A stretch of DNA of 64,000 bases, from positions 20,135,028 through 20,199,027 of the forward strand of contig CM082576.2 in the NCBI GenBank assembly GCA_040954595.2, given 5' to 3'. This document shows positions 1 through 13,400 of the stretch, piece after piece. Position numbers and translations under genes: made by a program. Origin of the DNA: Balanoglossus misakiensis (lineage: Eukaryota; Animalia; Hemichordata). Every line of letters begins with the position of its first letter. The first letter of the stretch is position 1. The notes under the pieces were generated by a model. That model was given only the letters and a program-made list of their open reading frames with translations. It was not told the origin of the DNA and made no database searches.

Positions 1-857
1 TGCATACCTAATTCTGGGCTAACTAAGAGGGCTAGATGTTTCGTTCTTGTGGGACATGGACCAGTATAGGGTCAAAATTTCTTGCCCAAATTTTGGGTGA
101 CCTCAGGTGACCTTTGACCTACTTTCCTATATCTTGGCATCCAGAGCAGGTACAGACTTGGCGTTTGGAGGGTTGGGACTAAAATTGAAGAGGCAACACT
201 GGGGGTCACCTGTGACACCTGCTTAACTCATTAATTATGTGCATACCTAATTCTGGGTTAACTAAGAGGGCTAGAGGTTTCGTTCTTGTGGGACATGGAC
301 CAGTATAGGGTCAAAATTTCTTGCCCAAATTTTGGGTGACCTCAGGTGACCTTTGACCTACTTTCCTATATCTCCGCATCCAGAGCAGGTACAGACTTGG
401 CGTTTGGAGGGTTGGGACTAAAATTGAAAAGCCAAAATTGGGGTCACCTGTGACACCTGCTTATCTCATTAATTATGTGCATACCTAATTCCAGGCTAAG
501 CAATAGGGCTAGAGGTTTGATTTATGCTGACCATGGACCAGTATGGGGTCAAAATTTTTTGCCCAAATTTTGGGTGACCTCAGGTGACCTTTGACCTACT
601 TTACCATATCTCGGCATCCACAGCAGATACAGCCTTGGCATTTGGAGGGATGGAACTCCTGATGGAGCCTTACACTTTATCTCATTAATTATGCGCATAC
701 CTAATTGTAGGCGAACCAATAGGGCTAGAGATTTTGTTCTTGTGGGACACGGACCAGTATGGGGGTCAAAATTTCTTGCCCAAATTTCGGGTGACCTCTT
801 ATGACCTTTGACCTTCGGCTTAAGCTTGGGCCCGTCATCGCTGCTTGCAGCTATATT
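1..857 (+). mobile_element. 3' part of a non-autonomous Helentron-like element (HINE) with ~238-bp internal tandem subrepeats
   Basis: 'gcatacctaatt' recurs near 2, 241, 479 and 715; many tgacctttgacct motifs. It ends in subTIR gcttgggccc, hairpin gctgc-tt-gcagc and tatatt, the same 3' structure as the elements at 41372-50172. Confidence 0.7.
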
Positions 858-2024
858 CTTCTACTTCTTTTTCTTCTTCTGTCGTTTTCTTTGGCGAGGT
901 AGATCTGGAAAACTGCTAAACCTACCAATTTCAAACTTGGCACAATGGTGCAGGCCAATGAGAGCTAGTGCAGTACCCTTGTGAATGTTTAATAAGTCAT
1001 GTGACCTGATGACCATATATGGGCAAAATTTTCAAATCGACCTAATTTGCATATGAATGGAGATATCAAAATTCTGTTCAGATTCTTTGTGGACCACATA
1101 GCCAGGGTTCTACATGCCAAATGTCAAGGCCATAGGCCATGTCAATTTTGAGAAGAAGATTTTTAAGTATTATTTTTCATATTTTTCGCCCAAGCCATGT
1201 GCCTATACTTTACATAGTAAAGCTATGACAACATATTATTTTGGATAAATATGCATACATATCTCAAAATCTGTTAGGCCGATCATCTCCAACTTTGGTG
1301 TGCAGCTAGCCTAGCATTTGTCAATAATTTTAAGCGGAAAAAAATAATATGAAAAATCGACCGATTTTTTTATATCAATTTTTTTATTAAATTTATACCT
1401 TTACTTATACCTCTATGGTTAAGCTATGTCCATGTCTTATTGTGGAATTCTGGTCTGTGCAATAGTCTTGTACAGTGACTATCTATTGGTCAGTGAGCAC
1501 AATGGCACCAAAATAGAAGGCAAAATTTTAGGCTCACCTGTAACACCTGCTTAACTCATTAATTATGTGCAAACCTAATTCCAGGCTAACCAATAGGGCT
1601 ATAGGTTTGGTTTTTGTTGAACATGGACTAGTATAGGGTCAAAATTTCTTGCCCAAATTTTGTATGACCTCAGGTGACCTTTGACCTACTTTACCATATC
1701 TTGGCATCCAGAGCAGGTACAGACTTGGCGTTTGGAGGGTTGCGACTAAAATTGAAAAGGCAACACTGGGGGTCACCTGTGACACCTGCTTATCTCATTA
1801 ATTATGTGCATACCTAATTCCAGGCTAACCAATAGGGTTATAAGTTTGGTTTTTGTTGAACATGGACCAGTATAGGGTCAAAATTTCTTGCCCAAATTCT
1901 GCATGAACTCAGGTGACCTTTGACCTACTTTACCATATCTTGGCATCCAGAGCAGATATGCTTATTGCTATGTTGCTATGTGCTATGTTGGCTTGGGCCC
2001 GCTATTGCTGCTTGCAGCTATATT
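858..2024 (+). mobile_element. HINE-like element body and 3' end (5' end presumably displaced upstream by the nested insertion)
   Basis: Near-identical to 41475-42651. Starts inside the (ctt)n tract and ends gcttgggccc-gctatt-gctgcttgcagc-tatatt. Confidence 0.75.
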
Positions 2025-3252
2025 GTTGTAATTGTGATGAGTTGGGTTTGCGAATGACCCATCTTCCCTCATTCGTTCAAGCAGTGCATGCTTCGTGGAT
2101 TAACAGATTAATGTCCAATCAATATTCTCAGTGGATAGAAATGTTTAAACTGTGGGTATATCCCCTGCTATCTTACCCACTTCACCCCCGCTCAGGTCGT
2201 GGAGTTTGCCAGAAACAGATTTTCACGTCATACCTTCTGGTACCTAGTACTACTATGTTGGTCAAAAACTATACCCCCCCCCCCCGACCCTATTAATAAC
2301 ATAAAAAAGTGTATATGGTTCAACCAGAGCTGAAAGTGAACAACGCTACCATATTTTATAAAAACTGGTATGATAATGTTGTAATGTATATTTCGGATTT
2401 ATTAGATTTTTCCGGTTCCATTTTATCTTTCCAAGATTTTAGTAACAGACATAATTTTTCACCAAACTTCATATGGGTTTAATCAACGCTTTTCCAAGAT
2501 CACGGTTCAGAAAGATTCAGCAACAAGGCTCTGTAAATAATGCCCACCCAAACATGTATTACACAAATAGATCCTGAAAAAAACCTACTCTATTTTACTT
2601 ATTTTTGAAGAATAATCTTAAACCGATGAGATGTACGCAAAAATGGAAAGACCTCTTCGGGAATTTTGATTCGCAATTACACTATGCTTTACCATTTATT
2701 GTAACAAAGGATTCTACTTTGCGTAATTTTCAATTCAGAATTGCTAGTAGAATCTGTACTACAAATACATTTTTAAAGATAAGGGGGAAAATGCGATTCT
2801 GTGAAATGCACCTTCTGTGAAAATTATGAGGAAATCCTTATACATTTATTTTTCGAATGCGACTGTATTTTGTCTTTTTGGAAGGATGTAGAGTTGCAAT
2901 TACAGACAAAGTGTAATATTGCCATTGAGCTGTCCCTTTTGATGTTTTGGTGGGTATAAAATAGAATTTTCAAAGTAACCACACAAACGATGAGTGGTTA
3001 GCCCTGAATTACTTTATATTACTTTCAAAGACTTTTATCTTTAAATATAAATTTAAGCCAGTATTGCCAAACCTTCGCACATTTTTATCTTACCTCAATA
3101 ATATACAAAAAATTGATACTTACCAAGCAAAGGCAATGGAGAATCACACACACTACAGGTACTGGAATATTTTCAAAAAATTCTGTACTTGAACATTTTG
3201 TTTTCTTTTGAGATGTAGAGATGTTTTGTCTAGTTTATGACAATAAAAAAAA
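2025..3252 (+). pseudogene. Decayed 3' portion of an L1/Tx1-clade non-LTR retrotransposon ORF2 with poly(A) end
   Basis: Frameshifted peptides GLRMTHLPSFVQAVHASWINRL, LRNFQFRIASRICTTN and CTFCENYEEILIHLFFECDCILSFW (zf-RVT-type CCHC, ~2807-2880). AATAAA and an A-run at 3242-3252. Confidence 0.75.
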
Positions 3253-4264
3253 TAATCCAAACCTAAAAAGTTGTCAAAAATTTGCTTCGCAAAAAGAAAA
3301 ATCACAATAGTTGCTTTGTCTTTGGGTTGAATATTTTCAAAATTGCCGAAGAAAATAATTTAAAAATCATATAATTAAATAATCAAAAATTAATTTTACT
3401 CCTATTTGCACTTCCCGTAAAGAGCAGTGTCTAAGCTTTCTAAAAATATAAGGTTTATGTACTTTGAAGCTAGCTTTATTGTTGTAGGAGAGGATATAGT
3501 ACCCCCTACCCCAAGACCATGCGTAATCCCATAGGATACATGCATTTCAAAGTTGTCTCTAAAGAAGTATTGTATTGTTATATAACTAATGTTAACATTT
3601 GTTTTCTTGTTTAATAAATAGAAGTCAATAATCCAAACCCCCAAAAGATGTCAAAAATTTGCTTCACAAAAAGAAAATCACAATTGTTGCGTTGTCTTTG
3701 GGGTGAATATTTTCAAAATTGCCGAAAAAATTAATTTAAAAATCTTATAATTAAATATTCATAATTTTTTTATAATTAAGTTTGTGCTTCCCGTAAAGAG
3801 CAGTGTCTAAGCTTTCTAAAAATATAAGGTTTATGTAATTTTTTGCTAATTTTATTTTTTTAGGAGAGGATATAGTACCCCCTACGCCAAGACCATGCGT
3901 AATCCCATAGGATACATGCATTTCAAAGTTGTCTCTAAAGAAGTATTGTATTGTTAAATAACTAATGTTAACATTTGTTTTCTTGTTTAATATATAGAAT
4001 TAAATAATCCAAACCTAAAAAGTAGTCAAAAATTTGCTTCACAAAAATAAAATCACAATTGTAACATTGTCTTTTGAGTGAAAACTTTCAAAATTGCCGA
4101 AAAAATTAATTTAAAAATCATATAATTAAATATTCATAAATATTGTTTAATAAAGTTTGTGCTTCCCGTAAAGAGCAGTATCTAAGCTTTCTAAAAAATA
4201 TAAGGTTTATGTAATTTCATGGTAGTTTTATTTTTTTATGAGAGAATATAGTACCCCCTACCCC
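3253..4264. repeat. ~376-bp AT-rich tandem repeat, ~2.7 copies
   Basis: 'aatccaaac' near 3254, 3629 and 4006; 'cttcccgtaaagagcagt.tctaagctttctaaaaa' occurs three times. Confidence 0.9.
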
Positions 4265-4453
4265 AACTCATTTTTCGCCATTTTGAGCGGCACATACCAT
4301 TCAAAAACCACCCCGGAGGGGTAGTGCAACCCAAAATATTCAATGTTAACATTTTTTTCTTGTTCAGCACGTTCTATAGAACAAAAAAATACCCAAATGG
4401 TAGGTTTATGGGGGGGTGGTGGTGCTCGGTGGACCCCTCCAGCCCACGGACTA
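3253..4453. mobile_element. Probable terminal region of a DNA transposon (Academ-like TAG...CTA end) inserted in the macrosatellite
   Basis: Subterminal tandem repeats, then a GC-richer tip ending ...cccacggaCTA, abutting macrosatellite sequence mid-unit (tctgcatttttggag at 4454). The other end is not in the window, so the family call is tentative. Confidence 0.4.
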
Positions 4454-7400
4454 TCTGCATTTTTGGAGTGGTCGAAAGTTTTAACATACAATCAACATGT
4501 CATATATGATCAGGGCACCAAATTCGAAGAACAAATATTTTTTTAGTTTTTTTTTTCTAAAAATGACATTTTCAAGGAAAATTTGGTAAAACGCAATTTT
4601 GTCTGCAGTGAGGCAAATTAGACGGTCTTTTGTGGAATTTGTATCGATATATATATACGAAGAGCATTCTATACTCCATCAGATTTCCGAAAATGTAGAA
4701 AACAGGTATTTTTTGTAATTTTCAAAAATTTACAATTTCGACCAAATTGTTATTTTCGTGTTGAAAGCCGCCAGTGTCACTGCTTTTAAAAGTCATAAAA
4801 ACTTTTAACATACAAGCAATTGTTTATATATGATCAGGTCACCGAATTAAAAAATAAAGAATGTTTTGACTAAAAATCAGCTCATTCAGAGTGCATTTTT
4901 TATAATCAGCACCATTTTTACATATAATGGAAATTTCCTACATCATCAGATATCCAAATATGAAAAAATGATTTAGATTTTAGATGATTGTCCAAAATTA
5001 GCTGATATCTAATAAATGTAGTATTGAACCGTTCCGTTCCCCCCCCCCCCTTACATTATATGCGTTACGCCGATGTCAGCTTACCCGGCAGTACTGCAGG
5101 CCGTGCCCCCAACTAACGTCGGTGTTTGAAACGTCCTGGTTAAATTCGGGCTTCCTCTATAAATTGACAGGCAATAATGCAGTCCTACCCGAACAAATGT
5201 CGAGTGTTGACCCGCTGTGACTTTCCCTCTTCGGTTTGCCCGACTTAGCCAACGTCTTTGTACTAGAGTGTCGGGTCTTTTGCAGAACCAGGCCGAAGGA
5301 AATCCGACTTGATCACCGTTGCTAACGAACGCTAGTGTCTGTCATGGTGTGCCGGGGTTTTAGTCGAGCCAGGCCGTAGGAGATCTGACTTGATCATCGC
5401 GGTCAATGTACGCGTGTTTCCGCTCTAAAGTGCCGGGGCTTCAGCTAAACCAGGCCGTAGGAAATCCGACGTAATCACCGTTGATAACTTACGCCTGTCT
5501 GTGTCATATAGAGCCGGTGCACCAGCCGAGTCACGCCGTAGGAAATCTGACTTGATCTACGTGGTCAATGTACGCCTGTTTCTGCTCTAGAGTGCCGGGG
5601 CTTCAGCTGAGCCAGGCCGTAGGAAACCCGACGTGATTACCGTTGTTAACTTACGCCAGTCTGTGTCCTATATATAGTGCCGGGGCATCAGCCGTGCCAG
5701 GCCGAAGGAAATGTGAGTAGATCAACGTGGTCTCTGTACGCGTGTTTCTGCTCTAGAGTGCCGGGGCTTCAGCTGAGCCAGGCCGTAGGAAACCCGACGT
5801 GATTACCGTTGTTAACTTACGCCAGTCTGTGTCCTATATATAGTGCCGGGGCATCAGCCGTGCCAGGCCGAAGGAAATGTGAGTAGATCAACGTGGTCTC
5901 TGTACGCGTGTTTCTGCTCTAGAGTGTCAGGGTTTTAGCCGACTTATGCTGTAAGAAATCTGAGTTGATGAATGGGAATTCAATGTTAGAAAACCCGTGT
6001 GGAAAGTATCTCTACCCGTTTGAAACTAAGAAAAGAATTTATTCTTATTTATTTTGTAAAAAAGACAATTTTTCGAAAAAAAGTCGAAAATGGTAATTTT
6101 GTCTTGGGTGATTCAAATTATACCGCCTTTTCTGGAATTTGCAGCACTTTTTACAAGAGAACGACACTTCATGCTCCATAATATTTCCGAAAATGAAGAA
6201 AAGAGTTAATTTTTTATGATTTTTTCAAAATTTACCATTTTTGTCAAAATATGGCCAAAATGGCTATTTTTTCTTGAATTCCGTCAATATCTCTGCATTT
6301 TTGGAGTGGTCGAAAGTTTTAACATACAATCAACATGTCATATATGATCAGGGCACCAAATTCGAAGAACAAAGGTTTTTTTATTTTTTTTTCTTCTAAA
6401 AATGACATTTTCAAGGAAAATCTGGTAAAACGCAATTTTGTCTGCAGTGAGCCAAATTAGACGGTCTTTTGTGGAATTTGTATCGATATATACATACGAA
6501 GAGCATTCTATACTCCATCAAATTTCCGAAAATGTAGAAAACAGGTATTTTTTGTAATTTTCAAAAATTTACCATTTTGACCAAATTGTGGCTAAAATTG
6601 TTATTTTCGTGTTGAATGCCGCCAGTGTCACTGCATTTAAAAGTCATAAAAACTTTAAACATACAAGCTATTGTTTATATATGATCAGGTCACCGAATTA
6701 AAAAAAATAAAGAATGCTTTGCCTAAAAGTGACCTTTTTGGTGCAAAAACGAATAAAACGCAATTTTGTATTAAATTAGAGTGCATTTTTTATAATCAGC
6801 ACCATTTTTACATATAATGGAAATTTCATACATCATCAGATATCCAAATATGAAAAAATGATTTAGATTTTAGATGATTGTCCAAAATTAGCTGATAACA
6901 GATAAATGTAGTATTAAACCGTTCTGTTCCCCCCCCCCCTACATTACATGCGGTACGCCGATGTCAGCTTACCCGGCAGTACTGCAGGCCGTGCCCCCAA
7001 CTAACGTCGGTGTTTGAAGCGCCCTGGTTAAATTCGGGCTTTCTCTATAAATTGACAGGCAATAATGCAGTCCTACCAGAACAAATGTCGAGTGTTGACC
7101 CGCTGTGACTTTCCCTCTTCGGTTTGCCCGACTTAGCCAATGTCTTTGTACTAGAGTGTCGGGTCTTTTGCAGAGCCAGGCCGAAGGAAATCCGACTTGA
7201 TCACCGTTGCTAACGAACGCTAGTGTCTGTCATGGTGTGCCGGGGTTTTAGTCGAGCCAGGCCGTAGGAGATCTGACTTGATCATCGTGGTCAATGTACG
7301 CGTGTTTCCACTCTAAAGTGCCGGGGCTTCAGCTAAACCAGGCCGTAGGAAATCCGACGTAATCACCGTTGATAACTTACGCCAGTCTATGTCATATAGA

Positions 7401-10400
7401 GCCGGTGCACCAGCCGAGTCACGCCGTAGGAAATCTGACTTGATCAACGTGGTTAATGTACGCGTGTTTCTGCTCTAGAGTGCCGGGGCTTCAGCTGAGC
7501 CAGGCCGTAGAAAACCCATGCCGTAGAAAATCTGACTTGATCACCGTTGCTAACGTACGCTTGTGTCTGTCATATTTAGACGGAGATTTAGCCGAGTCAG
7601 GCCGTAGAAAAATCGACTTGTCCAACGTTACCAGTGTGCAACTGTTTCTGCTCTAGAGTGTCAGGGTTTTAGCCGACTTATGCTGTAGGAAATCTGAGTT
7701 GATGAACGGGAATTCAATGTTAGAAAACCTGTGTGGAAAGTATCTCTACCCGTTTGAAACTAATAAAAGAATTTATTCTTATTTATTTTGTAAAAAAGAC
7801 AATTTTTCGAAAAAAAGTCGAAAATGGTAATTTTGTCTTGGGTGATTCAAATTATACCACCTTTTCTGGAATTTGCAGCACTTTTTACAAGAGAACGACA
7901 CTTCATGCTCCATAATATTTCCGAAAATGAAGAAAAGAGTTAAATTTTTATGATTTTTTAAAAATTTACCATTTTTGTCAAAATATGGCCAAAATGGCTA
8001 TTTTTTCTTGAATTCCGTCAATATCTCTGCATTTTTGGAGTGGTCGAAAGTTTAAACATACAATCAACATGTCATTATGATCGGGGCACCAAATTCGAAG
8101 AACAAAGGTTTTTTTATTTTTTTTTTCTAAAAATGACATTTTCAAGGAAAATTTGGTAAAACGCAATTTTGTCTGCAGTGAGCCAAATTAGACGGTCTTT
8201 TGTGGAATTTGTATCGATATATACATACGAAGAGCATTCTATACTCGATCAGATTCCCGAAAATGTAGAAAACAGGTATTTTTTGTAATTTTCAAAAATT
8301 TTCCATTTTGACCAAATTGTGCTAAAATTGTTATTTTCGTGTTGAATGCCGCCAGTGTCACTGCTTTTAAAAGTCATAAAAACTTTTAACATACAAGCAA
8401 TTCTTTATATATGATCAGGTCACCGAATTAAAAAAATAAAGAATGTTTTGCCTAAAAATGACCTTCTAGGTGCAAAAACGAATAAAACGTAATTTTGTAT
8501 TAAATCAGCTCATTCAGAGTGCATTTTTTATAATCAGCACCATTTTTACATATAATGGAAATTTCATACATCATCAGAAATCCAAATATGAAACAATGAT
8601 TTGGATTTTAGATGATTGTCCAAAATTAGCTGATATCTAATAAATGTAGTATTGAACCGTTCTGTTTGCCCCCCCCCCCCCCCCCATACATTATATGCGG
8701 TATGCCGATGTCAGCTTACCCGGCAGTACTGCAGGCCGTGCCCCCAACTAACGTCGGTGTTTGGAACGCCCTGGTTAAATTCGGGCTTTCTCTATAAATT
8801 GACAGGCAATAATGCAGTCCTACCCGAACAAATGTCGAGTGTTGACCCGCTGTGACTTACCCTCTTCGGTTTGCCCGACTTAGCCAACGTCTTTGTACTA
8901 GAGTGTCGGGTCTTTAGCAGAGCCAGGCCGAAGGAAATCCGACTTGATCACCGTTGCTAACGAACGCTAGTGTCTGTCATGGTGTGCCGGGGTTTTAGTC
9001 GAGCCAGGCCGTAAGAGATCTGACTTGATCATCGTGGTCAATGTACGCGTGTTTCCGCTCTAAAGTGCCGGGGCTTCAGCTAAACCAGACCGTAGGAAAT
9101 CCGACGTAATCACCGTTGATAACTTACGCCAGTCTGTGTCATATAGAGCCGGTGCACCAGCCGAGTCACGCCGTAGGAAATCTGACTTGATCAACGTGGT
9201 CAATGTACGCCTGTTTCTGCCCTAGAGTGCCGGGGCTTCAGCTGAGCCAGGCCGTAGGAAACCCGACGTGATTACCGTTGTTAACTTACGCCAGTCTGTG
9301 TCCTATATATAGTGCCGGGGCATCAGCCGTGCCAGGCCGAAGGAAATGTGAGTAGATCAACGTGGTCTCTGTACGCGTGTTTCTGCTCTAGAGTGCCGGG
9401 GCTTTATCCAAGCCATGCCGTAAAAAATCTGTCTTGATCACCGTTGCTAACGTACGCTAGTGTCTGTAATATTGTGACGGAGATTTAGCCGAGCCAGGCC
9501 GTAGAAAAATCGACTCGTTCAACGTTACCAGTGTGCAACTGTTTCTGCTCTAGAGTGTCAGGGTTTTAGCCGACTTATGCTGTAGGAAATCTGAGTTGAT
9601 GAACGGGAATTCAATGTTAGAAAACCCGAGTGGAAAGTATCTCTACCCGTTTGAAACTAAGAAAAGAATTTATTCTTATTTATTTTGTAAAAAAGACAAT
9701 TTTTCCAAAAAAAGTCGAAAATGGTATTTTTGTCTTGGGTGATTCAAATTATACCACCTTTTCTGGAATTTGCAGCACTTTTTACAAGAGAACGACACTT
9801 CATGCTCCATAATATTTCCGAAAATGAAGAAAAGAGTTAAATTTTTATGATTTTTTAAAAATTTACCATTTTTGTCAAAATATGGCCAAAATGGCTATTT
9901 TTTCTTGAATTCCGTCAATATCTCTGCATTTTTGGAGTGGTCAAAAGTTTTAACATACAATCAACATGTCATATATGATCAGGGCACCAAATTCGAAGAA
10001 CAAAGGTTTTTTTTTTTTTTTTTTTTCTAAAAATGACATTTTCAAGGAAAATTTGGTAAAACGCAATTTTGTCTGCAGTGAGCCAAATTAGACGGTCTTT
10101 TGTGGAATTTGTATCGATATATACATACGAAGAGCATTCTATACTCCATCAGATTTCCGAAAATGTAGAAAACAGGTATTTTTTGTAATTTTCAAAAATT
10201 TACCATTTTGACCAAATTGTGGCTAAAATTGTTATTTTCGTGTTGAATGCCGCCAGTGTCACTGCTTTTAAAAGTCATAAAAACTTTAAACATACAAGCA
10301 ATTGTTTATATATGATCAGGTCACCGAATTAAAAAAATAAAGAATGCTTTGCCTAAAAATGACCTTTTTGGTGCAAAAACGAATAAAACGCAATTTTGTA

Positions 10401-13400
10401 TTAAATTAGAGTGCATTTTTTATAATCAGCACCATTTGTACATATAATGGAAATTTCATACATCATCAGATATCCAAATATGAAAAAATGATTTAGATTT
10501 TAGATGATTGTCCAAAATTAGCTGATAACAGATAAATGTAGTATTAAACCGTTCTGTCCCCCCCCCCTACATTACATGCGGTACGCCGATGTCAGCTTAC
10601 CCGGCAGTACTGCAGGCCGTGCCCCCAACTAACGTCGGTGTTTGAAACGCCCTGGTTAAATTCGAGCTTTCTCTATAAATTGACAGGCAATAATGCAGTC
10701 CTACCCGAACAAATGTCGAGTGTTGACCCGCTGTGACTTTCCCTCTTCGGGTTGCCAGACTTAGCCAACGTCTTTGTACTAGAGTGTCGGGTCTTTTGCA
10801 GAGCCAGGCCGAAGGAAATCCGACTTGATCACCGTTGCTAACGAACGCTAGTGTCTGTCATGGTGTGCCGGGGTTTTAGTCGAGCCAGGCCGTAGGAGAT
10901 CTGACTTGATCATCGTGGTCAATGTACGCGTGTTTCCGCTCTAAAGTGCCGGGGCTTCAGCTAAACCAGGCCGTAGGAAATCCGACGTAATCACCGTTGA
11001 TAACTTACGCCAGTCTGTGTCATATAGAGCCGGTGCACCAGCCGAGTCACGCCGTAGGAAATCTGACTTGATCAACGTGGTCAATGTATGCCTGTTTCTG
11101 CTCTAGAGTGTCGGGGCTTCAGCTGAGCCAGGCCGTAGGAAACCCGACGTGATTACCGTTGTTAACTTACGCCAGTCTGTGTCCTATATATAGTGCCGGG
11201 GCATCAGCCGTGCCAGGCCGAAGGAAATGTGAGTAGATCAACGTGGTCTCTGTACGCGTGTTTCTGCTCTATAGTGCCAGGGCTTTAGCCAAGCCATGCC
11301 GTAGGAAATCTGACTTGATCAACGTTGCTTACTAACGCTAGTGTGTGTCATAGTGTGCCGGGGTTTTAGTCGAGCCAAGCCGTAGGAGATCAGACTTGAT
11401 CAACGTGCTCTCTGTACGCGTGTTTCTGCTTTAGAGTGCCGGGGCTTTATCCAAGCCATGCCGTAGAAAATCTGACTTCATCACCGTTGCTAACGTACGC
11501 TAGTGTCTGTCATATTGTGACGGAGATTTAGCCGAGCCAGGCCGTAGAAAAATCGACTTGTTCAACGTTACCAGTGTGCAACTGTTTCTGCTCTAGAGTG
11601 TCAGGGTTTTAGCCGACTTATGCTGTAGGAAACCTGAGTTGATGAACGGGAATTCAATGTTAGAAAACCCGTGTGGAAAGTATCTCTACCCGTTTGAAAC
11701 TAAGAAAAGAATTTATTCTTATTTATTTTGTAAAAAAGACAATTTTTCGAAAAAAAAGTCGAAAATGGTAATTTTGTCTTGGGTGATTCAAATTATACCG
11801 CCTTTTCTTGAATTTGCAGCACTTTTTACAAGAGAACGACACTTCATGCTCCATAATATTTCCGAAAATGAAGAAAAGAGTTAATTTTTTATGATTTTTT
11901 AAAAATTTACCATTTTTGTCAAAATATGGCCAAAATTGCTATTTTTTCTTGAATTCCGTCAATATCTCTGCATTTTTGGAGTGGTCGAAAGTTTTAACAT
12001 ACAATCAACATGTCATATATGATCAGGGCACCAAATTCGAAGAACAAAGGTTTTTTTATTTTTTTTTCTTCTAAAAATGACATTTTCAAGGAAAATTTGG
12101 TAAAACGCAATTTTGTCTGCAGTGAGCCAAATTAGACGGTCTTTTGTGGAATTTGTATCGATATATACATACGAAGAGCATTCTATACTCCATCAAATTT
12201 CCGAAAATGTAGAAAACAGGTATTTTTTGTAATTTTCAAAAATTTACCATTTTGACCAAATTGTGGCTAAAATTGTTATTTTCGTGTTGAATGCCGCCAG
12301 TGTCACTGCATTTAAAAGTCATAAAAACTTTAAACATACAAGCTATTGTTTATATATGATCAGGTCACCGAATTAAAAAAAATAAAGAATGCTTTGCCTA
12401 AAAGTGACCTTTTTGGTGCAAAAACGAATAAAACGCAATTTTGTATTAAATTAGAGTGCATTTTTTATAATCAGAACCATTTTTACATATAATGGAAATT
12501 TCATACATCATCAGATATCCAAATATGAAAAAATGATTTAGATTTTAGATGATTGTCCAAAATTAGCTGATAACAGATAAATGTAGTATTAAACCGTTCT
12601 GTTCCCCCCCCCCCCTACATTACATGCGGTACGCCGATGTCAGCTTACCCGGCAATAATGCAGTCCTACCAGAACAAATGTCGAGTGTTGACCCGCTGTG
12701 ACTTTCCCTCTTCGGTTTGCCCGACTTAGCCAATGTCTTTGTACTAGAGTGTCGGGTCTTTTGCAGAGCCAGGCCGAAGGAAATCCGACTTGATCACCGT
12801 TGCTAACGAACGCTAGTGTCTGTCATGGTGTGCCGGGGTTTTAGTCGAGCCAGGCCGTAGGAGATCTGACTTGATCATCGTGGTCAATGTACGCGTGTTT
12901 CCACTCTAAAGTGCCGGGGCTTCAGCTAAACCAGGCCGTAGGAAATCCGACGTAATCACCGTTGATAACTTACGCCAGTCTATGTCATATAGAGCCGGTG
13001 CACCAGCCGAGTCACGCCGTAGGAAATCTGACTTGATCAACGTGGTTAATGTACGCGTGTTTCTGCTCTAGAGTGCCGGGGCTTCAGCTGAGCCAGGCCG
13101 TAGAAAACCCATGCCGTAGAAAATCTGACTTGATCACCGTTGCTAACGTACGCTTGTGTCTGTCATATTTAGACGGAGATTTAGCCGAGTCAGGCCGTAG
13201 AAAAATCGACTTGTCCAACGTTACCAGTGTGCAACTGTTTCTGCTCTAGAGTGTCAGGGTTTTAGCCGACTTATGCTGTAGGAAATCTGAGTTGATGAAC
13301 GGGAATTCAATGTTAGAAAACCTGTGTGGAAAGTATCTCTACCCGTTTGAAACTAATAAAAGAATTTATTCTTATTTATTTTGTAAAAAAGACAATTTTT

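Noticed and set aside
1913-2296. 127-aa ORF as a host gene
   Set aside because: A chimera of the HINE 3' end and the L1/Tx1 remnant.
5075-5230. U1 snRNA-like (cttacccggcag) or spliced-leader RNA gene (minus-strand GG/GTAAG) in the spacer
   Set aside because: Similarity to U1 stops after ~12 nt, and no Sm site follows the putative donor.
5280-5970. 81-bp arrays as a CRISPR array or a 27-aa repeat protein
   Set aside because: Monomers are homologous along their whole length with no unique spacers and no cas genes. Stops recur in the frames examined, and one monomer has a 4-bp insertion.
6820-6845. Hammerhead ribozyme core (minus strand CTGATGA-tgtat-GAAA)
   Set aside because: No stem II can form in the 5-nt gap and no convincing stems I/III are present.
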